A DNA stretch of 64,000 bases from Candidatus Magasanikiibacteriota bacterium. GTDB taxonomy: Bacteria > Patescibacteriota > Patescibacteriia > Magasanikbacterales > UBA922. The stretch is from positions 10,736-74,735 of the forward strand of contig DMXO01000005.1 in the NCBI GenBank assembly GCA_003482855.1, in the 5' to 3' direction. Position numbers and translations under genes: made by a program. This document shows positions 19,899 through 28,246 of the stretch, piece after piece (the first letter of the stretch is position 1; every line of letters begins with the position of its first letter). The notes beneath the pieces are model-generated. The model was not told the DNA's origin and made no database searches. It was given only the letters and a program-made list of their open reading frames with translations.

Positions 19899-20330
19899 AT
19901 GCAACAGTTTATCGTACCACAATTTATTGATGTGGAAGACAAAATATTTGGTCCTATTACGACACGGCAATTTTTGATTCTTTTGGTTGCCGGTATTACT
20001 ATTTTTTTTACCTATCGGTTTGGAGATTTTTCTTTATTTATTGTTATGCTTGCTCTTGGTGGTGGGTCGTCGCTTGTATTTGCATTTGTACGCATCAATG
20101 GACAAGCATTTCATTATTTTCTTTTAAATATTATTCAAACTGTCCGGAGACCATCACGAAGAATATGGTCGAAGAGGTATACCAAAAGGGATTTGGATTA
20201 TCTGCGTAAACAGACGGTAGAAGAACAAGTAGAACAAGAAAAAAAGAAACCAGCAAGGAGAGAACATATTAGAGACTTGGCGTTACTCGTGAATACGGGC
20301 GGTTTTTATCGACCAGAAGATGATCTATAA
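19899..20330 (+). CDS. PrgI/VirB3-like small membrane protein
   Basis: 143 aa, two TM helices after a QFIDVEDKIFGPITTRQF motif, directly upstream of the VirB4-like gene. This arrangement is typical of Gram-positive T4SS. Confidence 0.45.
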   Translation: MQQFIVPQFIDVEDKIFGPITTRQFLILLVAGITIFFTYRFGDFSLFIVMLALGGGSSLVFAFVRINGQAFHYFLLNIIQTVRRPSRRIWSKRYTKRDLDYLRKQTVEEQVEQEKKKPARREHIRDLALLVNTGGFYRPEDDL

Positions 20331-20336
20331 TAATCT

Positions 20337-21023
20337 ATGAAAAGCAAAAAAGCACAACAAAAAAATTCTAAACAACCGGCAACACAACTCCATCTTCCTA
20401 TTGCTGAAATAAAGGACGGTGTGGTGATTCTCAAAGATGGCACCTTGCGCGCGGTAATGTTGGCATCGAGTATCAATTTTGCACTCAAATCTGAAGATGA
20501 ACAAAATGCTATTATTTCATCATATGTTGGTTTTCTCAATTCAATTGATTTCCCTATACAAATCGTTGTCCAGTCACGTCGATTGCAGATCAAGCCGTAT
20601 GTAGAACATCTCATCGATATCGAACAAAAGCAAACCAATGAACTTTTACGTGTACAAATAGCAGACTATCGCGCATTTATCGAAGAGCTTGTTGACATCG
20701 GCAAAATTATGACCAAGAGATACTATGTTGTGGTACCCTATGATCCTATTTCAAATAAACAGAAAAGTTTTTGGTCAAGATTCAAAGAGGTCATTAAGCC
20801 GGCATTTACACTGCGACTCAAAGAAGAACGTTTCCAACAACGTAAAGGTGATCTTGATTTGCGTGTGCGTCATGTGAGTAGCGGTTTGTCGGGGATCGGC
20901 CTCGAAGTCGCTCAACTGGATACTCAAGCGCTTATTGAGTTGTATTATGGCACCTACAATCCCGATATATCATTTGCTGAACAACTTGGCGATATACAAA
21001 AGCAACAAATAGAATATACCTAG
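20337..21023 (+). CDS. VirB4/ConE-like N-terminal domain (228 aa); apparently the first piece of a split VirB4
   Basis: IAEIKDGVVILKDGTLRAVMLASSINFALKSEDEQNAIISSYVGFLNSIDFPIQIVVQ resembles the start of Gram-positive VirB4 (ConE/TcpF/PrgJ). Ends LIELYYGTYNP. Confidence 0.5.
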   Translation: MKSKKAQQKNSKQPATQLHLPIAEIKDGVVILKDGTLRAVMLASSINFALKSEDEQNAIISSYVGFLNSIDFPIQIVVQSRRLQIKPYVEHLIDIEQKQTNELLRVQIADYRAFIEELVDIGKIMTKRYYVVVPYDPISNKQKSFWSRFKEVIKPAFTLRLKEERFQQRKGDLDLRVRHVSSGLSGIGLEVAQLDTQALIELYYGTYNPDISFAEQLGDIQKQQIEYT

Positions 21024-21110
21024 AGTATAGATTGTATATATATCTTGGGAGAGAAGTGCAGAGGTTATGTTGTTATCTTGAGATTTAAAGAAGTTTTAAA
21101 AATTTTTAAT

Positions 21111-21242
21111 TTGTCTAATTCATCTAATTTTCTAATAAAATTTCTAATAAAAAAATTCAAAATTAAATTTTGCACGATATTAGATAATTTGAGATTTTAT
21201 TAGAAATTAGACAATTAGGTGAATTAGAAATTTGTAGACAGT
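21111..21242. repeat. MITE-like imperfect palindrome (family B) inside the 272-bp gap between the VirB4 pieces
   Basis: Left arm TTGTCTAATTCATCTAATTTTCTAATAAAATTTCTAATAAAA and right arm TTTTATTAGAAATTAGACAATTAGGTGAATTAGAAATTTG are reverse complements. A related copy lies at 53149-53250. Confidence 0.55.
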
Positions 21243-21295
21243 TATACATATTTGTACCGTCAATTTAAAATATAAACATTTGGTACATGTAAATT

Positions 21296-23185
21296 TTGTT
21301 AAGTGTATTTATGCCATTTAAACCCGTTAGTTTTGGAAAATCAAAAGCAATGACACCAGTTCGTACTCCCAAAGATGCGGAGCAAGAGCGGGTTCAAAGC
21401 GAGATGGTCACTCTCGAAGAGGAACGCCTCTATCGTGAGGGTACTGTTGCGATACGTGACCTCATTGCCCCATCAGCACTCAATATCGAGGCGAGCTTTT
21501 TGCAGCTTGGCACGACATTTTTGCGTACTATTTTTGTCGTGAGTTACCCACGTTACATTTCAGTTGGCTGGAGTGCACCTATACTCAATCTCAATCTGAC
21601 TATGGATGTGAGTATGTTTTTTTACCCTGTGAATTCTGCCATTATCCTGAAACAATTAAAAAAGAAAGTGGGCGCTTTGCAAGCTCAGCTCTCTGCGGAT
21701 GCTGAAAAAGGTGCCCCTCGTGATCCATTACGTGAGACAGCGTTACGTGACATTGAACAACTTCGAGATGATCTTACACAGGGCATTGAACATTTTTTTC
21801 AATTTGCTTTTTATATAACCCTATATTCAGATTCCAAAGAAGATTTGGAAAAAGTCACCGAAGATATACATAATATTTTTGGTTCCAAGCTTATCCACAG
21901 TAAACATGTACTGTACCAAGCTGAGCAAGGATTCAATTCTACGGCCCCTTTGGGCATTGATGAACTCGTGATTTCATTCAACATGAATTCATCTCCTATA
22001 GCTGCGTCGTTCCCATTTATTTCTTCTGAACTTACAAGTGATGATGGTATTTTGTATGGTATCAACAAACACAACAACAGTCTCATATTATTTGACCGTT
22101 TTTCATTGCAAAATGCCAACATGGTTGTATTTGCCACGTCTGGTGCTGGTAAATCATATGCAGTCAAGCTCGAGATTTTGCGCAGTCTTATGATGGGCGT
22201 GGATATCATTGTTATTGACCCTGAAATGGAGTATGTACATCTGTGTGAAGCAGTAGGAGGTACTTATATCAATATTTCACTTGCCTCAGAGAGCAAGGTC
22301 AATCCGTTTGATTTGCCACGTCCTGTCGGCCAACAAATATCTACCGAAGATGTTATACGTAGTGCGGTCATTACGCTCAAAGGATTGCTTCGTATCATGT
22401 TTGGTGCCATGACTTCGCAGGAAGATTCTATTTTGGATCGTGCATTACTTGAGACATATGCAAAAAAAGATATTACTGCGGCAAGCGACCTTGCCACAGT
22501 TGAGCCGCCGATTATGCAAGATCTGCTTGATGTACTCGAGGGCATGGAAGGCGCTGAAAATTTGGTTGTCAAATTGCAAAAATATACTGAAGGTACTTTT
22601 TCTGGGTTGTTCAATTCTCCGACCAATGTAAATACGAGTAATCAGCTTGTCATCTTTAGTGTTCGCGATTTGGAAGATGAATTGCGTCCTATGGCTATTT
22701 ATACATTGGTCAACTATATTTGGAATATCGTTCGTAGCGAACGAAAGAAGCGTCTCCTCATGATAGACGAGGCATGGTGGCTCATGATGCACGAAGATAG
22801 TGCCAAATTTATGTATGCGCTCGTGAAACGTTGCCGTAAATATTATCTTGGTGTTACGACGATTACTCAGGACGTCAATGATTTCTTGCGCTCTCCTTAT
22901 GGTCAAGCAATTGTGAACAACTCCGCGCTCCAACTATTGCTTCGCCAGTCACCATCCGCTGTAGATGTCATTCAAAAGACATTTATGTTGACTGAGGGTG
23001 AAAAGTATTTGTTGTTGGATAGCCCTGTGGGTCAGGGAATTTTCTTTGCAGGCAATAAGCACGCTGCTATTCAAGTCATTGCATCATATACCGAAGATCA
23101 ACTTGTTACTTCCAATCCCCAACAATTGCTCGAGATAGAGCGTGCAAAAAAAGAATTTGAAGAACAGATGATGCAAAATAAATAA
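21296..23185 (+). CDS. VirB4-like type IV secretion ATPase (C-terminal 629 aa; second piece)
   Basis: VirB4 mid-domain pattern IAPSALNIEASFLQLGTTFLRTIFVVSYPRYISVGW. Walker A FATSGAGKSYAVK; Walker B LLMIDEAWWLM. TTG start at 21296; ATG at 21311. Confidence 0.8.
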   Translation: MLSVFMPFKPVSFGKSKAMTPVRTPKDAEQERVQSEMVTLEEERLYREGTVAIRDLIAPSALNIEASFLQLGTTFLRTIFVVSYPRYISVGWSAPILNLNLTMDVSMFFYPVNSAIILKQLKKKVGALQAQLSADAEKGAPRDPLRETALRDIEQLRDDLTQGIEHFFQFAFYITLYSDSKEDLEKVTEDIHNIFGSKLIHSKHVLYQAEQGFNSTAPLGIDELVISFNMNSSPIAASFPFISSELTSDDGILYGINKHNNSLILFDRFSLQNANMVVFATSGAGKSYAVKLEILRSLMMGVDIIVIDPEMEYVHLCEAVGGTYINISLASESKVNPFDLPRPVGQQISTEDVIRSAVITLKGLLRIMFGAMTSQEDSILDRALLETYAKKDITAASDLATVEPPIMQDLLDVLEGMEGAENLVVKLQKYTEGTFSGLFNSPTNVNTSNQLVIFSVRDLEDELRPMAIYTLVNYIWNIVRSERKKRLLMIDEAWWLMMHEDSAKFMYALVKRCRKYYLGVTTITQDVNDFLRSPYGQAIVNNSALQLLLRQSPSAVDVIQKTFMLTEGEKYLLLDSPVGQGIFFAGNKHAAIQVIASYTEDQLVTSNPQQLLEIERAKKEFEEQMMQNK

Positions 23186-23207
23186 ATTTACTACTAAATA
23201 ATATTAT

Positions 23208-23798
23208 ATGCTTTCCCTACGTCAGAGAATATTTGCAATTACGGGCGTGATATCTGCTATCCTTATTATTATCGTGTTATTTTTTGTACTTAGGTCACGT
23301 GACACAGATGTCTCTACACAGACATCTACTTCGACTGACGTACTTACCATAGAAGACACGGTCCGTCAAAATATCCAAGTGCCCAATAATCAACAAGTAA
23401 ATCGTGCGCCTGTTGACCCTGAAGAAAATTATGTGAAGCAGCTTGCGCGTATTTTTGTTGAACGATATGGTACGTATTCAAATCAAAATGAAGATATTCA
23501 TATTGCCGACGTGGATGACATCATTACTTCACGAATGCGTACATGGATACAGTCAAGCACATCCACTGACAGTCGTGTATATGAGGGCGCTACGACTCTC
23601 GTATTGAGTAGCCATATAAAACAATATGACACGCAAGCTGGCACCGCGATTGTGGCTATCGAAGTACAACAAGAAGTCATGAGACAGACAGATGCTTTAG
23701 GCACTATATCAGAGGATACGATTTTGAGGGAGGCAGATGTGAATTTGATCAAAGTGGATAACACATGGAAAGTAGATGGCTTGTGGTGGCAAGATTAA
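23208..23798 (+). CDS. Bitopic membrane protein (N-terminal TM plus ~160-aa extracytoplasmic domain); possible VirB8-like component
   Basis: 196 aa; single TM at residues 10-28; lies directly after the VirB4-like gene. The VirB8 assignment is speculative. Confidence 0.35.
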   Translation: MLSLRQRIFAITGVISAILIIIVLFFVLRSRDTDVSTQTSTSTDVLTIEDTVRQNIQVPNNQQVNRAPVDPEENYVKQLARIFVERYGTYSNQNEDIHIADVDDIITSRMRTWIQSSTSTDSRVYEGATTLVLSSHIKQYDTQAGTAIVAIEVQQEVMRQTDALGTISEDTILREADVNLIKVDNTWKVDGLWWQD

Positions 23799-23816
23799 TT
23801 TTTAAGTTGGAGGGAG

Positions 23817-24524
23817 ATGAACATAAAAGCAATATACAAACAGGGGATATGTATAACCAAAGATATTTTGTTTCCTGCATATTGTCTTGGGTGTGGTAAA
23901 GAGGGTATATTGGTGTGCAAAGATTGTTTGCAGACACTCGATTGTTCGGGTGTTTTTTGTTGTCCCGTGTGCCATGCTTCTTCCCTAAATGGTAAGGTCT
24001 GCGAGATATGTATGGCGCAGTCGTATTTGGACCGACATGTAGCAATTACTCAGTACAAAGAAAAAGGCCTTGTAGGAGATATGTTGCATATGTTCAAATA
24101 TTCATATGTAGAAGATATGGCACAAATACTGCGCGACATGGCAATCAAATTTTCACAGGTATATTCATTTGACGTGGATATTGTAGTTTGTGTCCCCTTG
24201 CATCGTAGGAGATTGGCACAACGCGGATTCAACCAAGCAGAAGAGATCGCGCGTATTAGTTCACAAGTTTTTGACATACCTTTTCACAGTATCTTGAGAC
24301 GGTGTCGTCACACTAGGCAGCAAGCAAAGCTGAATCGTGAAGGTAGATTAGTCAATCTTATTGACGCATTTGAAATTATAAAAAATGATTTTGATTTGAA
24401 TAATAAGAGGGTTTTGCTCGTAGATGATGTACTGACAACAGGATCAACTATGCAAGAATGTGCAAAGGTTTTGAAAGGGGCTGGCGCAAAAGAAGTGATA
24501 GGATTTAGTGTGGCGCGTGGATAA
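23817..24524 (+). CDS. comFC: ComF family protein (ComFC; phosphoribosyltransferase-like with an N-terminal Zn-ribbon)
   Basis: Four CxxC pairs in the N-terminal half. PRTase motif VLLVDDVLTTGSTM. Confidence 0.8.
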   Translation: MNIKAIYKQGICITKDILFPAYCLGCGKEGILVCKDCLQTLDCSGVFCCPVCHASSLNGKVCEICMAQSYLDRHVAITQYKEKGLVGDMLHMFKYSYVEDMAQILRDMAIKFSQVYSFDVDIVVCVPLHRRRLAQRGFNQAEEIARISSQVFDIPFHSILRRCRHTRQQAKLNREGRLVNLIDAFEIIKNDFDLNNKRVLLVDDVLTTGSTMQECAKVLKGAGAKEVIGFSVARG

Positions 24525-24553
24525 AAAAGAAGATACCAGTGTATCTTCTTTTT

Positions 24554-24643
24554 TGGCGGAGAGAGTGGGATTCGAACCCACGGTGGACTTTCATCCACAA
24601 CAGTTTTCAAGACTGCCGCCTTAAACCACTCAGCCATCTCTCC
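24554..24643 (-). tRNA. tRNA-Ser (anticodon UGA), type II, CCA encoded
   Basis: Minus-strand clover-leaf: GGAGAGA acceptor, anticodon loop CUUGAAA, long variable arm, GGTTCGAAT T-loop, discriminator G. Confidence 0.85.
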
Positions 24644-24728
24644 ATTTAAATAATTAGAACTAGTATCTATCTCGCTTACGCGAGTCTGGCGGACTGTGTC
24701 CGTCGTAGCTCGCTTTGGCGAGCGAAGG

Positions 24729-24815
24729 CGGAGAGGGCGGGATTCGAACCCGCGAGGGAATTGCTTCCCTAACACATTAGCAGCGTGCCGCTTTCGGCCA
24801 CTCAGCCACCTCTCC
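24729..24815 (-). tRNA. tRNA-Ser (anticodon GCU), type II
   Basis: Acceptor GGAGAGG/CCTCTCC, anticodon loop CUGCUAA, long variable arm, T-loop TTCGAAT, discriminator G. Confidence 0.85.
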
Positions 24816-24874
24816 ATTGGGATTTGTTACGCTACGTTGGGCAAGTGTGTAGGGCGTAGCATAAAGGAGTCCTG

Positions 24875-24961
24875 CGGAGAGTGAGGGATTCGAACCCCCG
24901 GTCCCCTTGCGGAGACTGCAGTTTAGTAAACTGCTGCTATCGACCACTCAGCCAACTCTCC
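24875..24961 (-). tRNA. Type II tRNA (Ser-like identity: G73, GGAGAGU acceptor) with anticodon loop UUACUAA, i.e. an apparent ACU anticodon
   Basis: Manual fold: acceptor GGAGAGT/ACTCTCC; D-arm GCT...AGC; anticodon stem GCAGT/ACTGC; loop TTACTAA; 17-nt variable arm; T-arm GGGGG-TTCGAAT-CCCTC. Anticodon identity needs tool confirmation. Confidence 0.7.
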
Positions 24962-24987
24962 TTGTATATATGATAAACGGCGTACAT

Positions 24988-25016
24988 ATTGTATATTATT
25001 TAGCGTAGATAGTCAA
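24988..25016 (-). promoter_or_regulatory. Sigma70-type promoter for the tRNA-Ser cluster
   Basis: On the minus strand: -35 TTGACT (complement of 25011-25016), 17-bp spacer, -10 TACAAT (complement of 24988-24993). Lies 25-30 nt upstream of the first tRNA 5' end. Confidence 0.6.
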
Positions 25017-25071
25017 TCGTATTATTGTGGGTACTTTGCGTGCGTTTGGTTTTTTGCTATACTTCCGATAT

Positions 25072-25527
25072 ATGAAACACACAGATGACAATGCATTTGC
25101 CATGATTTTGGAACAGACACAGACAGGTAGTTCTCAAGCGCCTGCCAAGCCTATTTCTTTGGATGAAACAAATTATTGGAGTGAGGATCACAATGAAGGC
25201 AAACTAGCTGTAGATGTAGCAGAAGATGCTACTGACTTGTTTGTCGTATCTACTATGGCAGGATCTACTCCTGAAAAGATAGAGGTATACGTACACAATG
25301 ATCTGCTCACGATCCGTGGTGTACGCAGTACGCCTCTTGACCATGAAAAAGAAATAACGTATTTTTATACCGAATGTTTTTGGGGCACATTTTCTCGTAC
25401 CATTGTGTTACCGACTGACGTAAAAGGCGATTTGGCTCATGCTACATATCACAATGGTATTTTGTTGGTTAAAATTCCCAAACGTCAAGCAGACGCAAAA
25501 ATTGAAGTTGAAATTATTGATGAATAA
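25072..25527 (+). CDS. Hsp20/alpha-crystallin family small heat-shock protein
   Basis: Alpha-crystallin domain (...LLTIRGVRS...ECFWGTFSRTIVLP...GILLVKIPK). ATG 25072 sits right after a -35 TTGCGT / -10 TATACT promoter, so the mRNA may be leaderless. Confidence 0.8.
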   Translation: MKHTDDNAFAMILEQTQTGSSQAPAKPISLDETNYWSEDHNEGKLAVDVAEDATDLFVVSTMAGSTPEKIEVYVHNDLLTIRGVRSTPLDHEKEITYFYTECFWGTFSRTIVLPTDVKGDLAHATYHNGILLVKIPKRQADAKIEVEIIDE

Positions 25528-25541
25528 TTATTATATATTAT

Positions 25542-27563
25542 ATGAGTCTCAAAGGATTCTTTTCAGAACATCTAAAGACGATACAGTTTTCATGGCGTCG
25601 TGTATGGATTGTCGTAGTTGTCATTGTTGCATTCGTGTTCATGTTTGGCGTGGGCGCGCTGGTATATGGTCGCACCTATGAGGATAGAGTGTTGCCCGGA
25701 ATATATGTAGGAGATGTTCATGTTGGTGGTATGGACGAAGAGGATCTTACCGAATATTTACAAAACATGCAGACCAAACTTTTGAGCGAAGGAATACATG
25801 CGACATTCAAACTTAATGACCAAGAAACTAATTTTATTATACGCCCTGAAGTCGTTGGAGAAGAATCAGTTGTCGAGCTTGTAGATTTTGATGTAGCGCA
25901 AGAGACTGAATACATATTATCTTACCGAAAAGATCACAATGCAGTGGCAGATACATTTTCTGCTATATGGACACGTCTGACAAAGCCTCACATACATTTG
26001 AGCGGTGTAACTTTGGATAAACAGGCTATACTTGAAGAAATCCAGCTTGTTCTCAAAGGTTATATATCTGAGCCTCGTGATGCATCTGTAGATATTCTTT
26101 CTATTGATCCTCTCCAATATGAGGTTACTTCATCAAGTGTGGGTGTTTCATTTGACTATGATCGTGTGGCGGGGCTCATTGTCCAATCTTGGTCAGATCT
26201 CGAGACTCCTGAAATTACTATTGCTTCGTTTGAGAAATCGCCAGATGTTGTTGAATCAGATGTTGAACCCATACTGGGTCGTTTACCAAAAGTCTTTGAG
26301 CATGGACGTCTGGATATCAAATATACTGACCCTCATACGAAACAAGAATATACTTGGTATGTTTCTTTGGAAGAGATGGCAGAGTGGCTTGAGATTCAAA
26401 AACAAGAAGGTAGTGGATTTGTATTTGGTCTCAATGTCGCTTCAACCACAGAATTTTTGCAAGGTGATATAGCAGACCTCGTAAATATCGAACCTCAAGA
26501 TGCAAAATTTCAAGTCGGTTCATATGGCAGAGTAACTGAGTTTCAAGGTTCACGCCCTGGAGTTACTGTTGATGTGGAAAATACATACAAGGCAATCAAT
26601 GATGCTATTGTAGAGCGCACACTCCATGACGAGGGCATTACCAAAGCGGTTACGTTGTTGAATAAGCAAGTCGAACCAAATGTAAAAACAGGTGAGGTCA
26701 ATGATCTAGGTATCTCCGAGATTTTGGGTATTGGACATTCAAAATTTCTTCATAGCACTCCCAATCGTTTAAAAAATATTCGTCATGCAGCGTATGACAA
26801 GCTCGATGGACTTCTGATCAAACCTGGTGAAGAGTTTTCTCTTATCAATACACTTAAACCATTCACTGTGGAGGGTGGATATTTTGCAGATTATACGATC
26901 AAGGGGGATAAAATGGTCAAAGAGATTGGTGGAGGATTGTGTCAGATAGGTACGACCATGTTTCGTGCGGCTATGAACTCCGGGCTCAACATTACTGAAC
27001 GTCGTGAGCATTCACTTGCTGTGCCATACTATAATGATTTGACCAATGGCAATCCAGGGGTAGATGCTACTATATATGATCCTCATCCAGATTTTCGGTT
27101 TGTCAATGACACGGGTAATTATGTTTTGATTACAGCCGATTTGAATTTAGATACAGCTGATTTGAGGTTTTATTTCTGGGGTACGAGCGACGGAAGAAAG
27201 GGGTACTATACTGCGCCACAAGTATCCAAATGGATTCCTGTGGGTGAACCTCGTATGATTGAGACGACAGATCTCGCACCTGGAGTACAGGAATGCCAGT
27301 ATGCATATACAGGAGCTCATGCATCATTTACATATATTATAGAAATGCCAAATGGTGAAAAAAAAGAACGTGTATTTAATAGTTATTATCGTCCGCTGCC
27401 AAAAATTTGTCTTATTGGTGTAGAAAAGAAAGTAGAAACATGTGAAGAAGGTACAAATTGCGAGATTCCTGCAGATGGTGAAGGTGCGAATACGACTGTC
27501 GATGGGGTGAATGATGCCGTAGTTGAAGATGTTATTATTAATGATGAAAGTGTAGAAGGATAG
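25542..27563 (+). CDS. VanW-domain protein with an N-terminal TM anchor
   Basis: VanW core GGGLCQIGTTMFRAAMNSGLNITERREHSLAVPYY; 673 aa; single N-terminal TM. Confidence 0.75.
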   Translation: MSLKGFFSEHLKTIQFSWRRVWIVVVVIVAFVFMFGVGALVYGRTYEDRVLPGIYVGDVHVGGMDEEDLTEYLQNMQTKLLSEGIHATFKLNDQETNFIIRPEVVGEESVVELVDFDVAQETEYILSYRKDHNAVADTFSAIWTRLTKPHIHLSGVTLDKQAILEEIQLVLKGYISEPRDASVDILSIDPLQYEVTSSSVGVSFDYDRVAGLIVQSWSDLETPEITIASFEKSPDVVESDVEPILGRLPKVFEHGRLDIKYTDPHTKQEYTWYVSLEEMAEWLEIQKQEGSGFVFGLNVASTTEFLQGDIADLVNIEPQDAKFQVGSYGRVTEFQGSRPGVTVDVENTYKAINDAIVERTLHDEGITKAVTLLNKQVEPNVKTGEVNDLGISEILGIGHSKFLHSTPNRLKNIRHAAYDKLDGLLIKPGEEFSLINTLKPFTVEGGYFADYTIKGDKMVKEIGGGLCQIGTTMFRAAMNSGLNITERREHSLAVPYYNDLTNGNPGVDATIYDPHPDFRFVNDTGNYVLITADLNLDTADLRFYFWGTSDGRKGYYTAPQVSKWIPVGEPRMIETTDLAPGVQECQYAYTGAHASFTYIIEMPNGEKKERVFNSYYRPLPKICLIGVEKKVETCEEGTNCEIPADGEGANTTVDGVNDAVVEDVIINDESVEG

Positions 27564-27638
27564 TGTTTTTTGAGGTAATCTGTGTATAAAAATTTGGCTT
27601 AAATTAGCCAAATTTTTTATTTTTCACCCCTACTACTC

Positions 27639-27667
27639 TTGACAAATGTAGCTCAATATGGTATTAT
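27639..27667 (+). promoter_or_regulatory. Strong sigma70-like promoter (TTGACA, 17 bp, TATTAT) with no CDS downstream
   Basis: TTGACA 27639-27644; TATTAT 27662-27667; the following ~515 nt have no ORF of 60 aa or more in any frame. Confidence 0.6.
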
Positions 27668-27674
27668 GTCAGGT

Positions 27675-28192
27675 CTTTTAAAATTAAGATAAGGATATAG
27701 AAAACTATGTGTTTTGCTGTCCTGTACAGTAAAAGCACATACTCTCCTGTGTCCTTGTATAGATCAAACTTGAGTAGACTTGTTGTAAAGTAATGAACAT
27801 AAAAGTACGTATCAGTTTGTCTATAGTATCTCTTGAAGAGATAGGGCGAGGATATAGAGTTAATACGGATTTGTTTAGTAGTATCTGGTCAAGTACGTAT
27901 TACCCTGTATCTTCACCATAGGAGGACAGGAACGACCCCGAAGAACTTTCGCTACCGCTTTAGTTTTCGGGGCGGGACGAGGATTCAGAATCGTACATAT
28001 TTTAAAAGAGAGACAATGAAATAAATATGTATAATCCTGTATCCACGACAAGCATGGGGGTGTATTATAGGCTAAAACAGGCTACGGCTCGTTTCTGACC
28101 TAGAATACACCTTCTTGGGTACAGTATTTAGGGAATTTTCCCTAATTTATATGCTAAAGCCCTCTACTTTTTATAAAGTAGGGGGTTTTTAT
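27675..28192 (+). ncRNA. Candidate structured ncRNA (~515 nt) of unknown class, bounded by a promoter and a terminator
   Basis: ORF-free; consensus promoter upstream. Ends at an 11-bp-stem terminator (CCCTCTACTTT/AAAGTAGGGGG plus T5) at 28160-28192. Several internal hairpins, e.g. CCCCGAA...TTCGGGG. Confidence 0.35.
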
Positions 28193-28211
28193 TTTACGTT
28201 GTGATTTTACC

Positions 28212-28240
28212 TTGACAATGTGGTTATTTTGTGCTATACT
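28212..28240 (+). promoter_or_regulatory. Second sigma70-like promoter (TTGACA, 17 bp, TATACT)
   Basis: TTGACA 28212-28217; TATACT 28235-28240. Confidence 0.6.
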
Positions 28241-28246
28241 ATGCTG

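Noticed and set aside
21024-21295. Possibility that the VirB4 gap is a self-splicing intron or intein
   Set aside because: The two exon-like ORFs are in different frames. The insert is AT-rich, 272 bp, palindromic and repeat-like, with no group I/II intron core motifs. A MITE insertion or native split is more parsimonious.
27930-27960. tmRNA-tag-like stretch (…CTACCGCTTTAG…) inside the 515-nt ncRNA candidate
   Set aside because: No tRNA-like domain: no GGTTCGANTCC T-arm, and no 5' GGGG paired to a 3' CCCC-ACCA. Any resume frame gives an atypical tag. Not called as ssrA.
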